Assembly: GCA_002633005.1 (NCBI GenBank)
Contig: NMRA01000729.1
Location: forward strand, 1 to 64,000
Direction: 5' to 3'
DNA: 64,000 nucleotides
DNA from: Phoronis australis
Taxonomy: Eukaryota; Animalia; Phoronida
The notes beneath the pieces were generated by a model that saw only the letters and a program-made list of their open reading frames with translations, was not told where the DNA came from and did not search any database. Position 1 is the first letter of the stretch. Each line of letters opens with the position of its first letter. Made by a program: the position numbers and the translations under genes. Positions 11,881 through 26,800 of the stretch are shown piece after piece.

Positions 11881-14800
11881 CTACAATGCAAGTGAATCAG
11901 TTCCAGCCGTGTTACTCTTAACTTCAAACCGTCAGTAAGCAGGGCAAACTAATCTTCTGGATTCATATAAAGAAAATGAAGCTCAGAATAAAACCTTGAC
12001 AAAAGCTATATGTATTTAAATTCATAAGCATGCAAAATATAGAGCGTTCAGTAAATTGCTAGGCGGGAAAGTATAGGGGTGCCGTCCGTTTTGAGCTAAG
12101 CAACAAATCAAATGTTTCTTAAAAACACAGGTGTCTGACTTTTTTCCAGGCATCCATACGGAAAATAAGCCCTTGCTCTTCTGAGTAACAAAATCCAATT
12201 AGATTTCTGTTCTTTACAATATAAATATGGGTGCCTCCGGGGCGTTTGTGCACCAGAATAACGCAATGGCCCACCGAGACTCACCCTGAACTCTCTCTGG
12301 AGAATAGTATCGGTGAACGTGAGATCCTTCAGACGAGACACAAACTTAGCTGTAGGAGTGAATGTGTCGCCACTGTGCAATTTCTCTACCATGGCGGTGT
12401 AGATGAACTTGTACTGGTCCTAATGTGAAAATGTTAGATAAATTCTGTGGTCGCAGCACTAGTAGGCCCAATGTACTTGTCATTGTTTTTGTAGGATTGG
12501 TTATTGACAGAAATGGTTACATCTCTTCAACATTAGCACTATTTTCAAAAACGCTCGTTTGCTCTACAAATATTCACAGTAATCTAAGAATAACTAGAAA
12601 GTGTTTGTTTCACGAAACAACTGCTTTCGTCTTCCAACATTAGTACTGCTCAGTTTTTCTTCGACAAGTCGATATGATTTGAATAGAATAGGTGAAGGGA
12701 AACTCGAAAATGACAATCACGTGACCAAAATGAGGACAATATATAACAAAAATGCAATACGGTGGTCCTTTTACAGATAGAAAATAACAAACTAAAATGT
12801 GTGCAACCAGACTAGCAATTTGTCGAATATCCATCCATCCTTCTAAATAATGACTAGGCATCTGTGTCGACTGCTTGAGTTCCCACCATCCATTGCACGC
12901 GCGATGTTTTTCTTTAGCCCAAACGATCAGCTGGCGTGCGTTCCGTAGACGCTAGGACCTACGCTAGGACCTAGCTAAACTCTAGTCAAGGTCACGTGTT
13001 TTCATTTAAAATACACGGCAATATCTCACGTAATCTCTCGAAGTCTTGTTTTTTAGCGAGGTCCTAGCGTTACTGAACGGGAGGCTGGTTTCGGTGATTA
13101 GGCAGTGTGACCTGATGTGACAGGTGCCCGCTTTCTTTACTCGAAGTCGTGGATTCGAGTCAAACGTGGCCACACTGCTTAACCCTTGACTCAGGTTTCT
13201 AGCTTGTCGGCTCAGTTTTAACAAAGTGTATGGAATTCCAAGTCTGTCAGTCTGTAATGTGAGCGGGTTTTACACGTCATCGAGTTCGCGTAGACTCATT
13301 TACTTGTAAATCTATCTTGTAGCGGGTTACTGCGTTCCAGGACGCGTTAACACGACCACTGAATGCATCTCAGTTAACCCTGAAAGGCGCTTGAACCCAA
13401 GCCATATGATTGGCATGAAGTGTATGCTTGCCGACATTCCTTGTCAAACATTGACATCGCTGGGAGTTGTGGAAATGAACCCCTTGCAATTCCCTCAAAA
13501 TTTGGTCAATTCGCAGCTTGTCAATCATTCTCGTGTACAAGTTAGTAGAGAGGTCAAGTGGACGAATGAATTACGCGATAATTGACTTCATCTTGTGAAT
13601 GTATTGTGTCCATTCATTAACTCGGGAATCGGAAGCCGCATCAATATAAAATTTGCCTAACGCGCACGTGTAAGGTATGTACAAGCAAAGGTGTAAACTG
13701 CGCATGCGTTAGCTAGTAACAGACTTCCCTAAACGTGTACAAGAACACCTGCAAATATTTTCTTATGCTGATTAATTAAGTTTTTTTCTTTTGTTGCGAA
13801 ACCAAATTATGGTAATATAATATGATATAGCGCAAAATATCCAAATCTGGTTCTTCCTTGCGTTAAAGTGTTGCTTTGGCGATTTGTCTATTCCAAAAAT
13901 GCCATTTCATTAATTATTCCCAGAGATAACTAAACACGTTCCAATTCACCTTTTCTCTAATTTTTCTCCAGCAACCTCTATATTATTTAAAATCTCAAGT
14001 CTTAACATGCAGGCACTAGATATATTTCGGAAAATGGAATTGATGTGCCAATTCTGAACACTGCGTTTGCACATACCAGCGTTTGGACCATGTTCACTCG
14101 CTGCTGGCGCAGTTGCCTAAGTTGGCCCATAACGTCAATTGCTCCTTCTGCCTCTGCTTGATCGGACAGAATGTCCATCATGATGAAAGTGCCAGTTCGA
14201 CCAACGCCGGCACTGCAAGAAATTGATATGAAACTGTTACAACGTTGAAAGTAACTTCCCTGCGAAGTCTCCCCGCCCCCCCCCCNNNNNNNNNNNNNNN
14301 NNNNNNNNNNNNNNNNNNNNNNNNNNNNNNNNNNNCGCCCCCCTCCCATCAGCATACATGTACCTCTACCAAACTTTTACATGTTCACGGTACCACTTAT
14401 TAATAGACTTTCGGCTACAAGTTTAATGCCAGTGCGAACGTGTGAGTCGCAGGTTCATGCTCACGTGTTCGTTGTGTTACATTTTTTGTTTCGGCTACAC
14501 GCACGCCCACTTTAGTGGTGGCGCTGAAGTCAATGACCAAATCCCAGACAATAATCTGTTCGATTTGGCGCTGTTAGATGACTTAAAGCTACTGGGCGTT
14601 GCCGTGTTCATATTAGATGCGGGTGATAATCTAAGAAAAACTTATAACAAAAGCATTAGAATAGAGTTTACGTCTATGACAGAAGAGCTAGTCATTTCAC
14701 CGGTGCTTTACTTCAGCCGTCCATATCAAACACATAACTCAATAAATTTACACAAAAAGGGTCAGCAAACCGTGAGCAATTGTTCTTTCTTCTGTTAGCA

Positions 14801-17800
14801 GCGAGTTTGCATCAAATTCGCTGACAAAGAACAGAATTCTTCCCAAAAGACTGCTGTGTACTGTCAATTTGCCCACGCTAGTTGTTAGGGGAATTATCCG
14901 GTGAGTTACGGAAGGACGGCAATTGCCGGAAGGTTATGAATAAGTGTAGAGTTGTTGATGTAGTGACCTTCCGTGACAAATCGTTAATTTCCGTGGGGCA
15001 CACTGACACTACGCAGCGGCTTTTTAGGAAGATTTTTGTTCTTTGTCTGCGAATATGTTGCAATAGAGCAGGACACCGTAATTGCTATCAGAAGAAAGAA
15101 AAATTGCTCATGGTTTGCTGAGCCAGTTTTGTGTCAATTTGTTAAGTTTTGTGTTTGATAAGGACGGTTGAAGTGACGCACCAGTGGAAATTCCTAGTCC
15201 CGAGTGTCATACCTTGTAGTATATATAATGTATCGGATTGGAGACAATCATAAGCTGGGGACGCCTGTGCGTATGACAAGACAAAACGCGAAAATTTAGG
15301 TCATTATTGTGACGTAGTAAGCAAAGAAGGTCGACCTCAAATATTCACGTTCACTTTTAACGTGTGGTAGAAGCTCTCCATTGTTCGGCTTTTGTTTATG
15401 TCCGTTCATCGGTGAGGAAAAGTCACTTGATCAAGCCTAAAACTTGCAAAGAACAGTTATTGTAATATATTTGTTCTCGAAAACCATCATTTGGCATTCC
15501 AGAATGGAATGGAGATATTCTTAACGTGAGGGGGTGGACGCAAAAAAAATTTAGGTCAAAATCTTGCTGTACAGCAGTAAGCAAAAATGATAGCGCAATG
15601 GCGGATCTAGGATACCACAAAAGGGTGGCCCAACATCCTCGGGGAAATTGGACAAAGCGCAATTGTATGTGTACGGCCCGAAAGTTGCGGGGGCTGACGA
15701 TCTTCTGTTGAGAAAATTTATGTCGATGGACTAAAAATACGGCAACGTGTTTCCGCATTTGAGACCCCCCCCCCTCTCATTGAAAACGGTTCATAGCGAT
15801 TTGATGAACAAGCTGCGTACTTCAGGTATTATGGATACAAATCGGGAAACCTTCTATTGAGCTGTAACGCATGTTTGTCACAATAAATATTGATTAAGTA
15901 ATTAGTAAGAATAGATCCATTTTAAGTTGCCCAAAATTTGTGCATATATACTTTTAAATCATGGGGTCAGACTTGTTGACATGTATTTTAACGTCAAAAT
16001 CTATTTTTAGATGGTGTTTACAACTTTGGGTTATGGGTCAAAGTACTCTAGAGATTCTAGAATATTCTGAGAACAAGTTGTAACAGCCAATAATATTAGT
16101 GGATATGATCATGTGCTTTTTATTAGCCAATCACTAAATAAGTAGAATGTTATATTATGGGCTGAAATCAACAAGATAATTAGATGCGCTATAGTAGTTG
16201 AAACATAAAGACTTGATACAGTGTACAGAAGCAATTGTACGACAGAGCCATCTCGTGGAAGATTCTAGAAAGGATCTTGGCAAGGGCAAGGGTTAACGAA
16301 CAGGAAGTTAACTAGGAGCTTGTCACTTGCATTGTGGGTAGTAAGATATTACCTGAAGTGTTGCGTCATCAGTCAGAGACTGTGACCAGCAAGAAGATTC
16401 GCAGGTAGAAGAAATTGCCTGCAAGTGTTGTATCACCAGAGACGGTGACCAGCAAGTCCACTGTCGCTATACAGTGTGTGTGTAGTTAGAAGATTCACCA
16501 ACAGGACAGACATCCAACAAGTGGAGAGTCCTAGCTTGGATAGCAGATAAGACATTTGATCGTTTTGGTTGTTTGATTAATGTAATCTTTAAAGAGGGCG
16601 CTAGCGCAGTTACTCTTTGCAGTTGATTACTTAATTAACAATACGTTTCATTTGTCTAATTAGGTGTTATCATATAATAAATTAATTACTGGATTTCATT
16701 ATTCACTCTCCATCTACGCACAATCTCAAAGCATAGCTACCTTTTAAACAAACCCACAGTCAAACATCTGACAATGTTGAAAATACCTGCAGTGAACCAC
16801 GGTCGGTACACCGTCATTGTCGTCTTGGATGTGACTTTTGACGGTTTGGTGGAACTTCCACAGAGCGGAAGAGTTGCTGGGAACTCCGCTGTCTGGCCAG
16901 GATGTGAAGTGGTACTGGGTGGTCTCCAGGGGCTCAGTTTTCGTTTCCAGCTGTTTCCAAATTGCGAATGTAATTTATAGAAGTTGAATTTTTATGAGTT
17001 GTGACTTGTCTCAAGATTACACATATGTTTACATTATTTTTAAAATATATTTTACGTCAATAGGATCATTTAAGAAGTAAGTGTTATAGATGATGAATCA
17101 TGCACTTGAGTACAAATTATTTTAAAGGTAACAGCCATGCTAAGGACATTATGCGCTTTTACGTGTATACCTGAACTATTTCAAATTTCCTTATGGTGTA
17201 ATGGTCCTCTCTTTCAATATCAACAGGGACCACCTTGATATCACCGTGTGTTATCGCCGTATTCACAGGCCAGTACTGCTCACACTTGCGCTACAGCGAT
17301 AATATTTACAGTACACCAACCGTAGCAAGTAAGCTACATGTGTTGCCAGTCAGGACGTCAGGTTGATAGAAATCTTTTATGAGATTGTTTTTCGGATTTA
17401 AAGAACTGTGACATAACTTTCTTACAAGGTTTGCTCAAACAAAACGAAAATTATGAATAAAGACTTTTAATACATTTCCCCTTTTTTCGACTACTGTATT
17501 TAAAGTGTAATTTTTGCTTTGAGCAGAAGAATTGACCTACATCATATAATACAATCATTGAGATGCAGTGGATCAACGCTCAACAAAGTTTTCAAGATTT
17601 CTATGTAGGATTTCTAATGTAGTTTCCATTGTCAACACTCTATATAATCAATTGATGAGTCAAAGCAGAGAAATCATCTACTGCTTACCTTGCCGTCTTC
17701 AACACACTTTGTTACCATGACGATCCTTCTCACTCCTTCTTGCCATATCATTCTCCAAAAGTCGTCCACAGTGTGTTTGTTGGGACCTACAATAAGCAAA

Positions 17801-20800
17801 CGAACAGAGGTACGAATCAGAGCAACAACACTCATTTTCAATATACTATCTCCTCTTCATTTTAGTTAAACCTTCATGAGAAGAATTTAATTTTCTCAAA
17901 GCAAACAGTTTGTGTTCAGAGTTTACGTTTATTTTTTCTTCCCATAGAATTTATGGGGATACGTCATCGAGAAATGGCCATTCGATTTGATGTGTGTCTT
18001 CCTTCTATTGCGTAACTGGACTTTGTTGACGAAAACACTGAACACTTTTATGAAATCGATAGTAAGAAATGCAACTATAGGTTGTAATGTGAGAAACAAT
18101 CACATTTTGGGAACATCCTTTGACTTTTCAAACTCATTTTACATTCTTAATCAATAAAAATGAAGGAAATGATAGTCGTCTTAGTTCAAATTTACTCAAT
18201 TTAGTGACAAGGTCTTTACAGACGTACTCTACTCTTCATGCACAACACACATCATTTTGTGAAGACAGACAAGATTTTTCAGTTATTGTACAAGAGAACA
18301 GTCGGATTTCCAAGCTTAGAAGACGCTTAATCATTGGTTTAAAATCACAATGCATAGTGTTTATTAAAAGGAAACCCTTCGTCATATCCTTACCAATTGT
18401 TGCTATAAACGCCTTCGGGCTGTTGTAAGCATCAATATAGCTGGCGTTAATGTAGTCTGAGTTGGCATCGTGTGGCAGAGTTTCAAGCACAACACGGTTC
18501 TTGTCATCTACAAATGATAGTCCAGAAATACCTGCAGTATAACAGTCACTAATAGAGGCGAGGGTGTGTAAGTTAAAAGAAAATTTTCAAGTCGATCTTA
18601 CTGAGCCGTCATTCATTTCGTGAACACTACATTTCAGACAAGCTGACTCTATCACATACTACTGCGTGGTTAATATCTCCCGCGATAGGCACTTTAGGTT
18701 CCAACACCCTTAATGTCACAAAGCTGACAACTTGTTTGACAAGGCGATCGTTTCCTGCTGGTGTTGATTATCTGGTGCCACGTTACTCGAATAAGTAGAC
18801 TTTGTAATACATTTTCAAGCTTGCTCCGGTTCTTTAAAGTTTGATTTTTCAATGCTACAGTGAATTTTTTTCATTAGATTAAAGTGAGTAAATGGTAATA
18901 AGGCTAGTTTAGACATGTCTATTTCAAGAGCAGCAATCACAACCGATGAGGAAGCAGACAATGACGTGTGTCCTCTTCAATATAGAGAGCGACATGATCT
19001 GCAAGATGCATTTCTCTCAGATCAACAAAGTTATATTCTGGAGTAAGAAACAGTACACTAACACTACTGGTATATTTATAAATTACATGTCAAAATGTTC
19101 TTGAAGCGATTCTTCTCCTTGTTCTTTTCCTTGGAGCCGGCGTTATGGGGGAAGATGTGATCATTCGGTAAGCTCTGTAAAATAACATCAAACATTCAAC
19201 GTCATTTACATCACATTATGATCACAACAACGGTCATCTGAAGACAGCAGGAGGAAGATATAAAATGTCTTCATTCAGGAACGAATCACCAAATAACAGC
19301 GTAGAATAACACAGTGCTTATTACAAACAGTACATGGAGGTCTGGTTCATTAGGATAAATGGTATTTGCTCAACATTAAACAAATAAAATGTGATATTTC
19401 CGTTGCCTTGGGCAAATTAGTTCTCCCCAGTCGACGTGAACCCTTCTGTAGTACTTTTCTTTCGGTGAAAACCATTTGAAGTTGTTCAATGGCACAACAA
19501 ACAAAAAAACTAGAGGAGGCACCAACATTGGTTCGAATTTCTACATAGTTGCATATAAAGTTGAGACAATCAAATGATTCTCTTCTCAAATTAAAGTGAA
19601 GTGAGGATGGAAGCCGTTTTAGTATTTGCAAGTTGGTCTTTATAACTCTCCCACCAAACTGTAAATAACAGGGTATCTGTTCACTAAAACGTAATAGTCT
19701 GGGAAATACGAGGCTTCTACGGAAGACGTATCTTTGACCGAGATTTAGGAGCAGGCACCTTAGCACTGCAGTCAAGAGAGAAGACTTCAGAGCGAGTTAA
19801 CTGCTGTTTGGGCAAAAATGGCATGGAATTTTAAACTGCCGTTTTTATGTTTGAAGAATACAAGAAACAATGTCCCGAACAACCCCGACCATAATTCCGA
19901 GAAAAGTAAAGCATTTCCCATTAAGTATACTTTTGCCGTTTGAACTGTTGAGAGTGAGAAATTAAAATGACGTTTGCCAAAACTTTGCCGAAACTTTGCA
20001 ATGTATAAACTTCTTAATTTGCAACAAATAGTGAAAGCAAACGAGTGGATGAACAAGCAACTTAACACAAGAGCCTTACTATACCTCGTATTCCCTCACA
20101 ACTGTGTCGTCACCGAACGCTCGCCCTACATACGAAACTAAGTCTTCAATTTTGATAGGTTTGTTGAAATCTTCGTACACTGGCTCACATGGGGGTGTGT
20201 GGGAAGGTTGCAGACTTGAGCTCGCAAACGCCACATTCGCGTAAGCATTGTTGCCACTACTGTCAACATGATTCTCTAGAATGAGTGGGAATTATTTCAG
20301 ACGTTCGTTCTGTACCTTATAATTCAAGGAAATATATAATTGAAGCAGGGAACTTTTCACAATAGTTTAGAAAGAAACATATTTTCGACTGGAAGTTGAA
20401 CGAGTTCATAAGTTACCTCGTTTTATAAAGCCACCAAAAACAGTATTGGAAGGGAAAGGCCTGCAAAGCAATGTTCGATGACATATTACAAAAATACATC
20501 CTCGAATTGTTTAGAAAAAGCTTCACACTCCAACAGTAAAACATTTAACTTTGGTATGATCAAATTTTGCGACAGGCATATCAACACTTAATTGCTTACT
20601 CGACGGCAGGTTTTTCAAGATTTACGGTTAATTTCTAGAAAGAAGGTCCAGAAAGCTGAGTAAATTCCTCCAAAAAATACTTCTTGATGAAACTGTACAC
20701 AAAGCTGTCCTCGTGAGCGTTAATCTAATCAAAAGGAGAGACAAATGACGTTAAAATGTTTCAACACATACTGATAAGGTACCTAAATTACATGATTAAC

Positions 20801-23800
20801 GGATTGCAAAACAACATGTTGGACGTACAAACACGACTCATGTACCTGCAAACACCGTTCAATGGATCAAATACACGAGATGAGACTTACAAAACACGAT
20901 CCATTCACCCAAAAAACAACCATGACTCATATTCACTTAAGAACACAACAAACGGACCGCCAAACACTTTTTACAGAAACCATTTAGATATTGGCTTAAC
21001 ATTGGTGTAATAGGTGCTAGATTAAATGCAATTTTGTGCAATAATGTGATGTAATTGTTGTGTATTAGAAACAATAAACGTTGTCTTAACTGCTTATTTG
21101 TTCTAAAATTTATTGGCGTCCAAAACCTTTTTGTATCATCAGTTCTGAATATTGACATTGAGAGTGGCGACTTCCATTATCTTGCTTTCTTCTTAAAATG
21201 AAAATGGATCGTTCGAACTCCGTAAAAAGACTTGCTGTTTGGCCAAAAAAAACACATTTTTAGGAAAAGGTGTTGCTAAAAACAGGAAGGTTGATCAATT
21301 TCTTTTCTGGGTAGTAATAATCACTTATTTCGCGCTACTTACCAGGTAAGACGGCGAGTTTGTGACTGTTTATTAGACATGCTTTATGGGAGTGAACTGT
21401 GTTTGGCGGTGCGTGTATCGTGTTTCTACGTAAATGATAGTCCGTGGTCGTGTTTTTGGGCTGATAAGTCGTGTTTTGTGATTTCATGTATGAAAGTGAG
21501 TGAATGGTGTTTGCAGGTGCGTGGATCGCTTTTTGCGTCCGACACGGTGTATCGCAATCTCCTAGCCATGTAGTTTAGACATTTTGTACTATATGACTAT
21601 CAACTTTAGCGAAGATCCACAGTTTTCAGACATTAATGTATACGAACAATATCGCCACATGCGTGAGGCAGCTAAGGAATGATAGTATGACTACAACAGA
21701 TACAACGGGATTTTATGTAAATAATCTCATGGATGTGTGTTCGGAAAATGAAAACTTCCAGGCGTTTTAGTAACAACAATTCAACGCCCCGGCGTTTATT
21801 CGAAAAAGGGACGCGTGAAAACGGAAAGTCGTAGTTTGGCCTACGTAAATACGAGCATGAAGCGCGATATGTATTTTTGTAAATGAAACAACCCTTTTGG
21901 GTGTATTGATATTCCTTAAAAGGACTGTTGTGAATACGTTGATATCTGTTAATAATGTTAATTGTGCAATAGACAATCAGTTTTTTGTAATATCTGCCCA
22001 GCTGGACAACAAATTTAATGTGCATGACGCTCCCAGATCTCTTTGTGGCACAGATGATCGTAACCAAGCTGAGTCAGCAGAAAACTGGGAGGAGGAGCTG
22101 GAAGAAGACAATGACATGGACTGAGTCCACATAGGTCTATGGTTAGAGTTTTCATGACTTTGGCACTTTACTTACAACTGTTTTTAAATTTTAACTCAAG
22201 AAATGCATAAATCGTCAACACTTTGTTCGTTTTCATCAAGTATAAATGCTCCACAAATTTAAATTGAATTTGTGATTAAAGTGGGCTTTTAAGAGGAATT
22301 TTCGAATTAACTCTCCACCATCTGAACACTTGACCCCAGAAGTAAAACACCAAATACATGTAAACGTGCATGGGCATAATTTTTCGGGAGGGCTTATCTA
22401 CGGAAAATCCAGATAGTGAGTTTTTGTTCACTGTTGCTCCTGTTCTTGAAACTTTGGTAAACGCTCGTTGAACTCGAATGTGTTCTGTGACTTCACCAAA
22501 CACATTCAAGATGACTGAACACTAGTAATGCTGCGGCTCACCTTCAGTACTGATACGATCCAACTGAACATCTGGGAACATCTTTTTCTTGATAGATCGG
22601 CGACGTCTGAGAACACAGTGAGGTAAAATTAATGAATGCTGTTAATTAAACTTGTTACTCAAACTTCGAGTTTTAGCTTAACGAGTAGTTTGATGTGTAC
22701 AATTGTGCCCAAAACAGTTTTTATACTGTCCATATGACACGGGTTTGGCAAACAAAATCAAAAATGCCCATTACCCTGACTTCCTAATTTTTTAAAATAA
22801 AACAGTTTTAAATTAATTTCAATATTTGTATTTGAAGATCTATACTAAAGATAAACCCTATTCAAACAGGGAGATCAATAGAAGAACCAAAAGGACGCAA
22901 GGTCCAGCTATGACGTCATATCGAATGAGTAGAAAAGGAAACCAATACCTTCGATTGAGAGCCTAGCATCAGACAATACAGATTTCCTTCCAGACACTCT
23001 TACCTAAGGTAAACAAGAACCACGATGACTGCTACCAAAAAGAATGCTGCAACGCCACCTCCAGAGCCGCCTATGGTTAATAATCTTTCTTGTCTGTAGT
23101 TCCTTGCTGGAATCGTTGACAAAAACTACATGCAGTGCCATATAAGATTATTCCAGACACAACTAGTACGCAATGACACCCAACAAACATTCGTAACGCG
23201 TTTAGTTTAGAAATGCTGTTACGTTCAGGACGATCGAAATTACTGTATGACAAGCAAAACTAAACTAGTAACAGTTCCAAATAGTTCAGGTCATAGCTAT
23301 TTGGGCTTACGAACAACAAATATATTGTTAATCTGAAACTTACCTTCTAAATAACCTCGTGGAGTAAATCCTTTAAACTGGTATAGTTGAAAATGTGCCT
23401 TCGTCTCCTGAAACAAGTGAACGTAAGGGTATGATTAAAACATGACAATTGACTTTGTTGACATGCATAACACACAGTAAATAAGACGTCAACAACGTCT
23501 TATGCTTTCAGAAAATATATAATCGAATCAATTACAGAACACTGTGTATACTCACGACAGCATTTTGAACGACGACTCCCAAATAGAATCTGTATTTTTT
23601 GCCTTCTTCAAGCGCCACGTTTGTATAGCCTCCATAAACTTTTTCGTCTCCAATAACAAAGCTTTCCTTCGCCAGTACGTCATCTAGAGTCAGGTTAGCA
23701 GTTATGTAACGATAACTATCCTTAGCCCTTGCCTCCGAGAATCCTTTTAACGTTGACACGTCAATCAACTCTGCGTTTTTACGAGTGGCTCTCACCTCAA

Positions 23801-26800
23801 CAACCACAAGGTAAAACCTGTTTAAGAGCATTTTAAATTCAGTGTGTTTTTCCAAGGGATGTCATCATTTCAACGAAAAGACGCATTTCTGGATTATTAT
23901 TGGATGGTCTGATCAGAGTTATAAAGCAATAAAGTCTGTCTTTGCTGTGATTTTATATCATCAATTCCCGCCGATGTCTGCTAGACATTCGCTGAAATCA
24001 AGGCCTATGTCTGAGAGATGCGTTTACGAAAAGCAGCTCCTAGCAGAGCGAAAACTTTGCCCACAATACCCTGGTATGAAGAAGTTTAACCCCAAGCATG
24101 GTGTAATTTTGTTTTGTTTTTTTAGTCTGTCCACAAAACAATTATTAAGCACTCTGACGCTTATCCGCTCCAGGTGTCGATTGTCTCCCTTGTGGTTTCT
24201 CAAGGGACCAGATAGTGAAAGGTCAACCTTTTGTAGAGACTAGCAAATCAGAGGTTCTGTCAATAGGGAACAGACACATCAACAGAGTTACCTGATATAT
24301 TCTTTGTTTTGATAGTCTTTTACAGGTACCACAGGTAACGTTGCAGTGGTTGACGTCACTTCCTCCCTGTCTGTCTGTGGTAATTGAAACTTGGGAATGT
24401 CTGAAATGAGAAATTTAGCTGGCGTAAACAGACACTGATTATTAAGTTTTTTTGTTCGCGTAGGCAATAGACAATTGACCTATCGATAGGATTACGATTG
24501 GCGGCTTAACTGACCAATCCGAACGTAGCATCCTTGACACACCTTCGTTTGTGTTGACAAGCCGCCATTTTACCCAACAAACAATAGGTTGTGGTACAAA
24601 ACCTAATTTAGTCTACAGATCAAGAAATTACGTGATAAGAATGGTGATACGGTGTTGATACGGCGTGTGTACTTCTGACAGCCGTTAGGTATCTCGAGAA
24701 GCATATCCCGTCATTTTTTGGCATCTCCTAAGCCGAAAAGTGATGTCGAAATGTTTAAACAAGGTATCAAACTGTGCGAACGGCCACGTACATGAGGAGC
24801 TGAACTTGGCAATGTTGCTTGATTACTCGAAGGTTAAACACAAATATATTTGTTCCAGTTTGGTGGCTATCGTGTAGGCTTATCTGATTTTGACTCCGGA
24901 ATTTCACTCTACTGGCCGCCTTTGTCTCGGCACCTGCTGGATCTCAGCACTATAGTCTAGCGATATTCCCTGGAAACTGTTTTTATATTTTTTACTATTT
25001 TTAGTTATTTCGACCTATAGACATCGTTTTGTCTGGTAGAGATTCATTTTTTGCGATTAATATACCCGTAAGCTGGCGTTCAACTTTCAAAGATTGAGAG
25101 ATTCGAGCGGCACAGGGAGGGGTACTGGTTTCCTTAACCCAAAGCCTTGTTCGAGCTGTTGTCAAAGAAACACTAAACAGTTGAGCTACTTTTTGATGAG
25201 AGCATCTAGAGTTACAGAGAGCTCTTTCTGAAGTTGTTAAACATGATATTTAGATTTATGAAGCTTTAAAAACGGAATTTGAGTTATTCTTGTCAATAGC
25301 CATTTTTGCCACTACACCAGACTTGTCATTTTTTGTAACCATACCACAGTTTAATGATCATGCTACGTTTAAAAATAACTGCAAACCACCTTTATACGAT
25401 GAAACTACAAAAAATGCCAAGGTCGTCAGAAGGTAAGCATAACTTAAGTGTGTATTTGAACTATAAACCTGAGTTTTTAATCGAAATATTTCGTTCGAAG
25501 ACTAGACAACAAGCTCTATTGGCGTGGAAAGCAGTTTATTTACGATGATGCAGAGAAAATGGTTAAATAAATCAAGCAAGATATCTACAGAAATGCCTAG
25601 CAGTTTGGCCACGGCCCAGAGCCTTCAAGGACCAGCGAATTAAGTACATGTACACTAGTCTAGAATGTACACGGATTAGGTAGAAAAACAGGGATCAAAA
25701 GTATTGTTGAATATTTTTATTTTTTTATTTAGTTGGAGTTGTGGAAACTTGGGCTGCGAACGAAAATCAGTTTGATAACTTTTTGCCTGGGTACAAATGT
25801 TTCAGTAAAGTTAATTTAAAGAAAGTGGTTTCGTAGAAACTCCGGTGGAGTATGTGTGTTTGTAAAAAAATGTTTAGCTCGGTATGTAACTCGAGTGAAA
25901 TATGATTTCGATTTTGATATTTTTCTATTAATTTGTAAGAGTCTATTGTGTACTGAAAAGGATGTATTATTCTGTTGTGTTTACTTGCCACCTGAGGGTG
26001 TGACAGTTTATGAAAATCAAACTGAAAAGAATGGTTTAGAAATCTTGAGAAGTGGTATTGATGATGACTGTATTGTAGATGACCCAAATCAATTGAAAGT
26101 GAGATTTTTTGTTTTTCGAGACCTTCCGAACGTTAAAGCTTCCGGTGTTGACGGGCTCGTCTATGAACTCTTTTAAGTCCACCAAAGATTATATACATGT
26201 AGCATCTGTTTTGACAAACATTTTTAATAGTGGTCTACGATCAGGGGAATTTCCTCAGTCCTGGTGTGACGCTATAATATGTCCATTCCATAAGCAAGGG
26301 GACGTCAATGATGTAAATAATTATCGGGGTAATTCACTTTTGCTAGTTCTCGGGAAATTTTTTACGAAACTTATAAACAGGTTGGGCTTAAGATAATGAC
26401 TTACTTAACAAAGCTCAGACTGGTTTTAGAAAGTGCTATAGTACAATAGACCAACTTTTTACCTTACAAGGAATTGTTCATTAGTATTTGAGTAAGCGCA
26501 GAGGCAGATTTTATGCTATATAGGTAGATTTTTCTCGGGCCTTTGACAGCATTTCACATAAATTTTTGTGGAATAAGCTACCAAAAATAGGAAATAATGG
26601 CAGTGTTTTAAAATTGATGAGAAGTATGTATTCAAAGCTAAGATCGTGTGTAAGAACTGAGCGTGGGTTAACTGACTTTTTCAGTAACAATATTGGTACT
26701 CGCCAAGGGTGTATGCTTAGTCCTTTTTATTTAGCATGTATTTGAACGAATTTGTTGATTACTTAAAAAAATCTTTAATTAGCGGAATTAACGTAAATGA

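Noticed and set aside
15975-16720. Possible solo LTR
   Set aside because: The composition is suggestive, but I could not identify matching TG...CA ends with a TSD.
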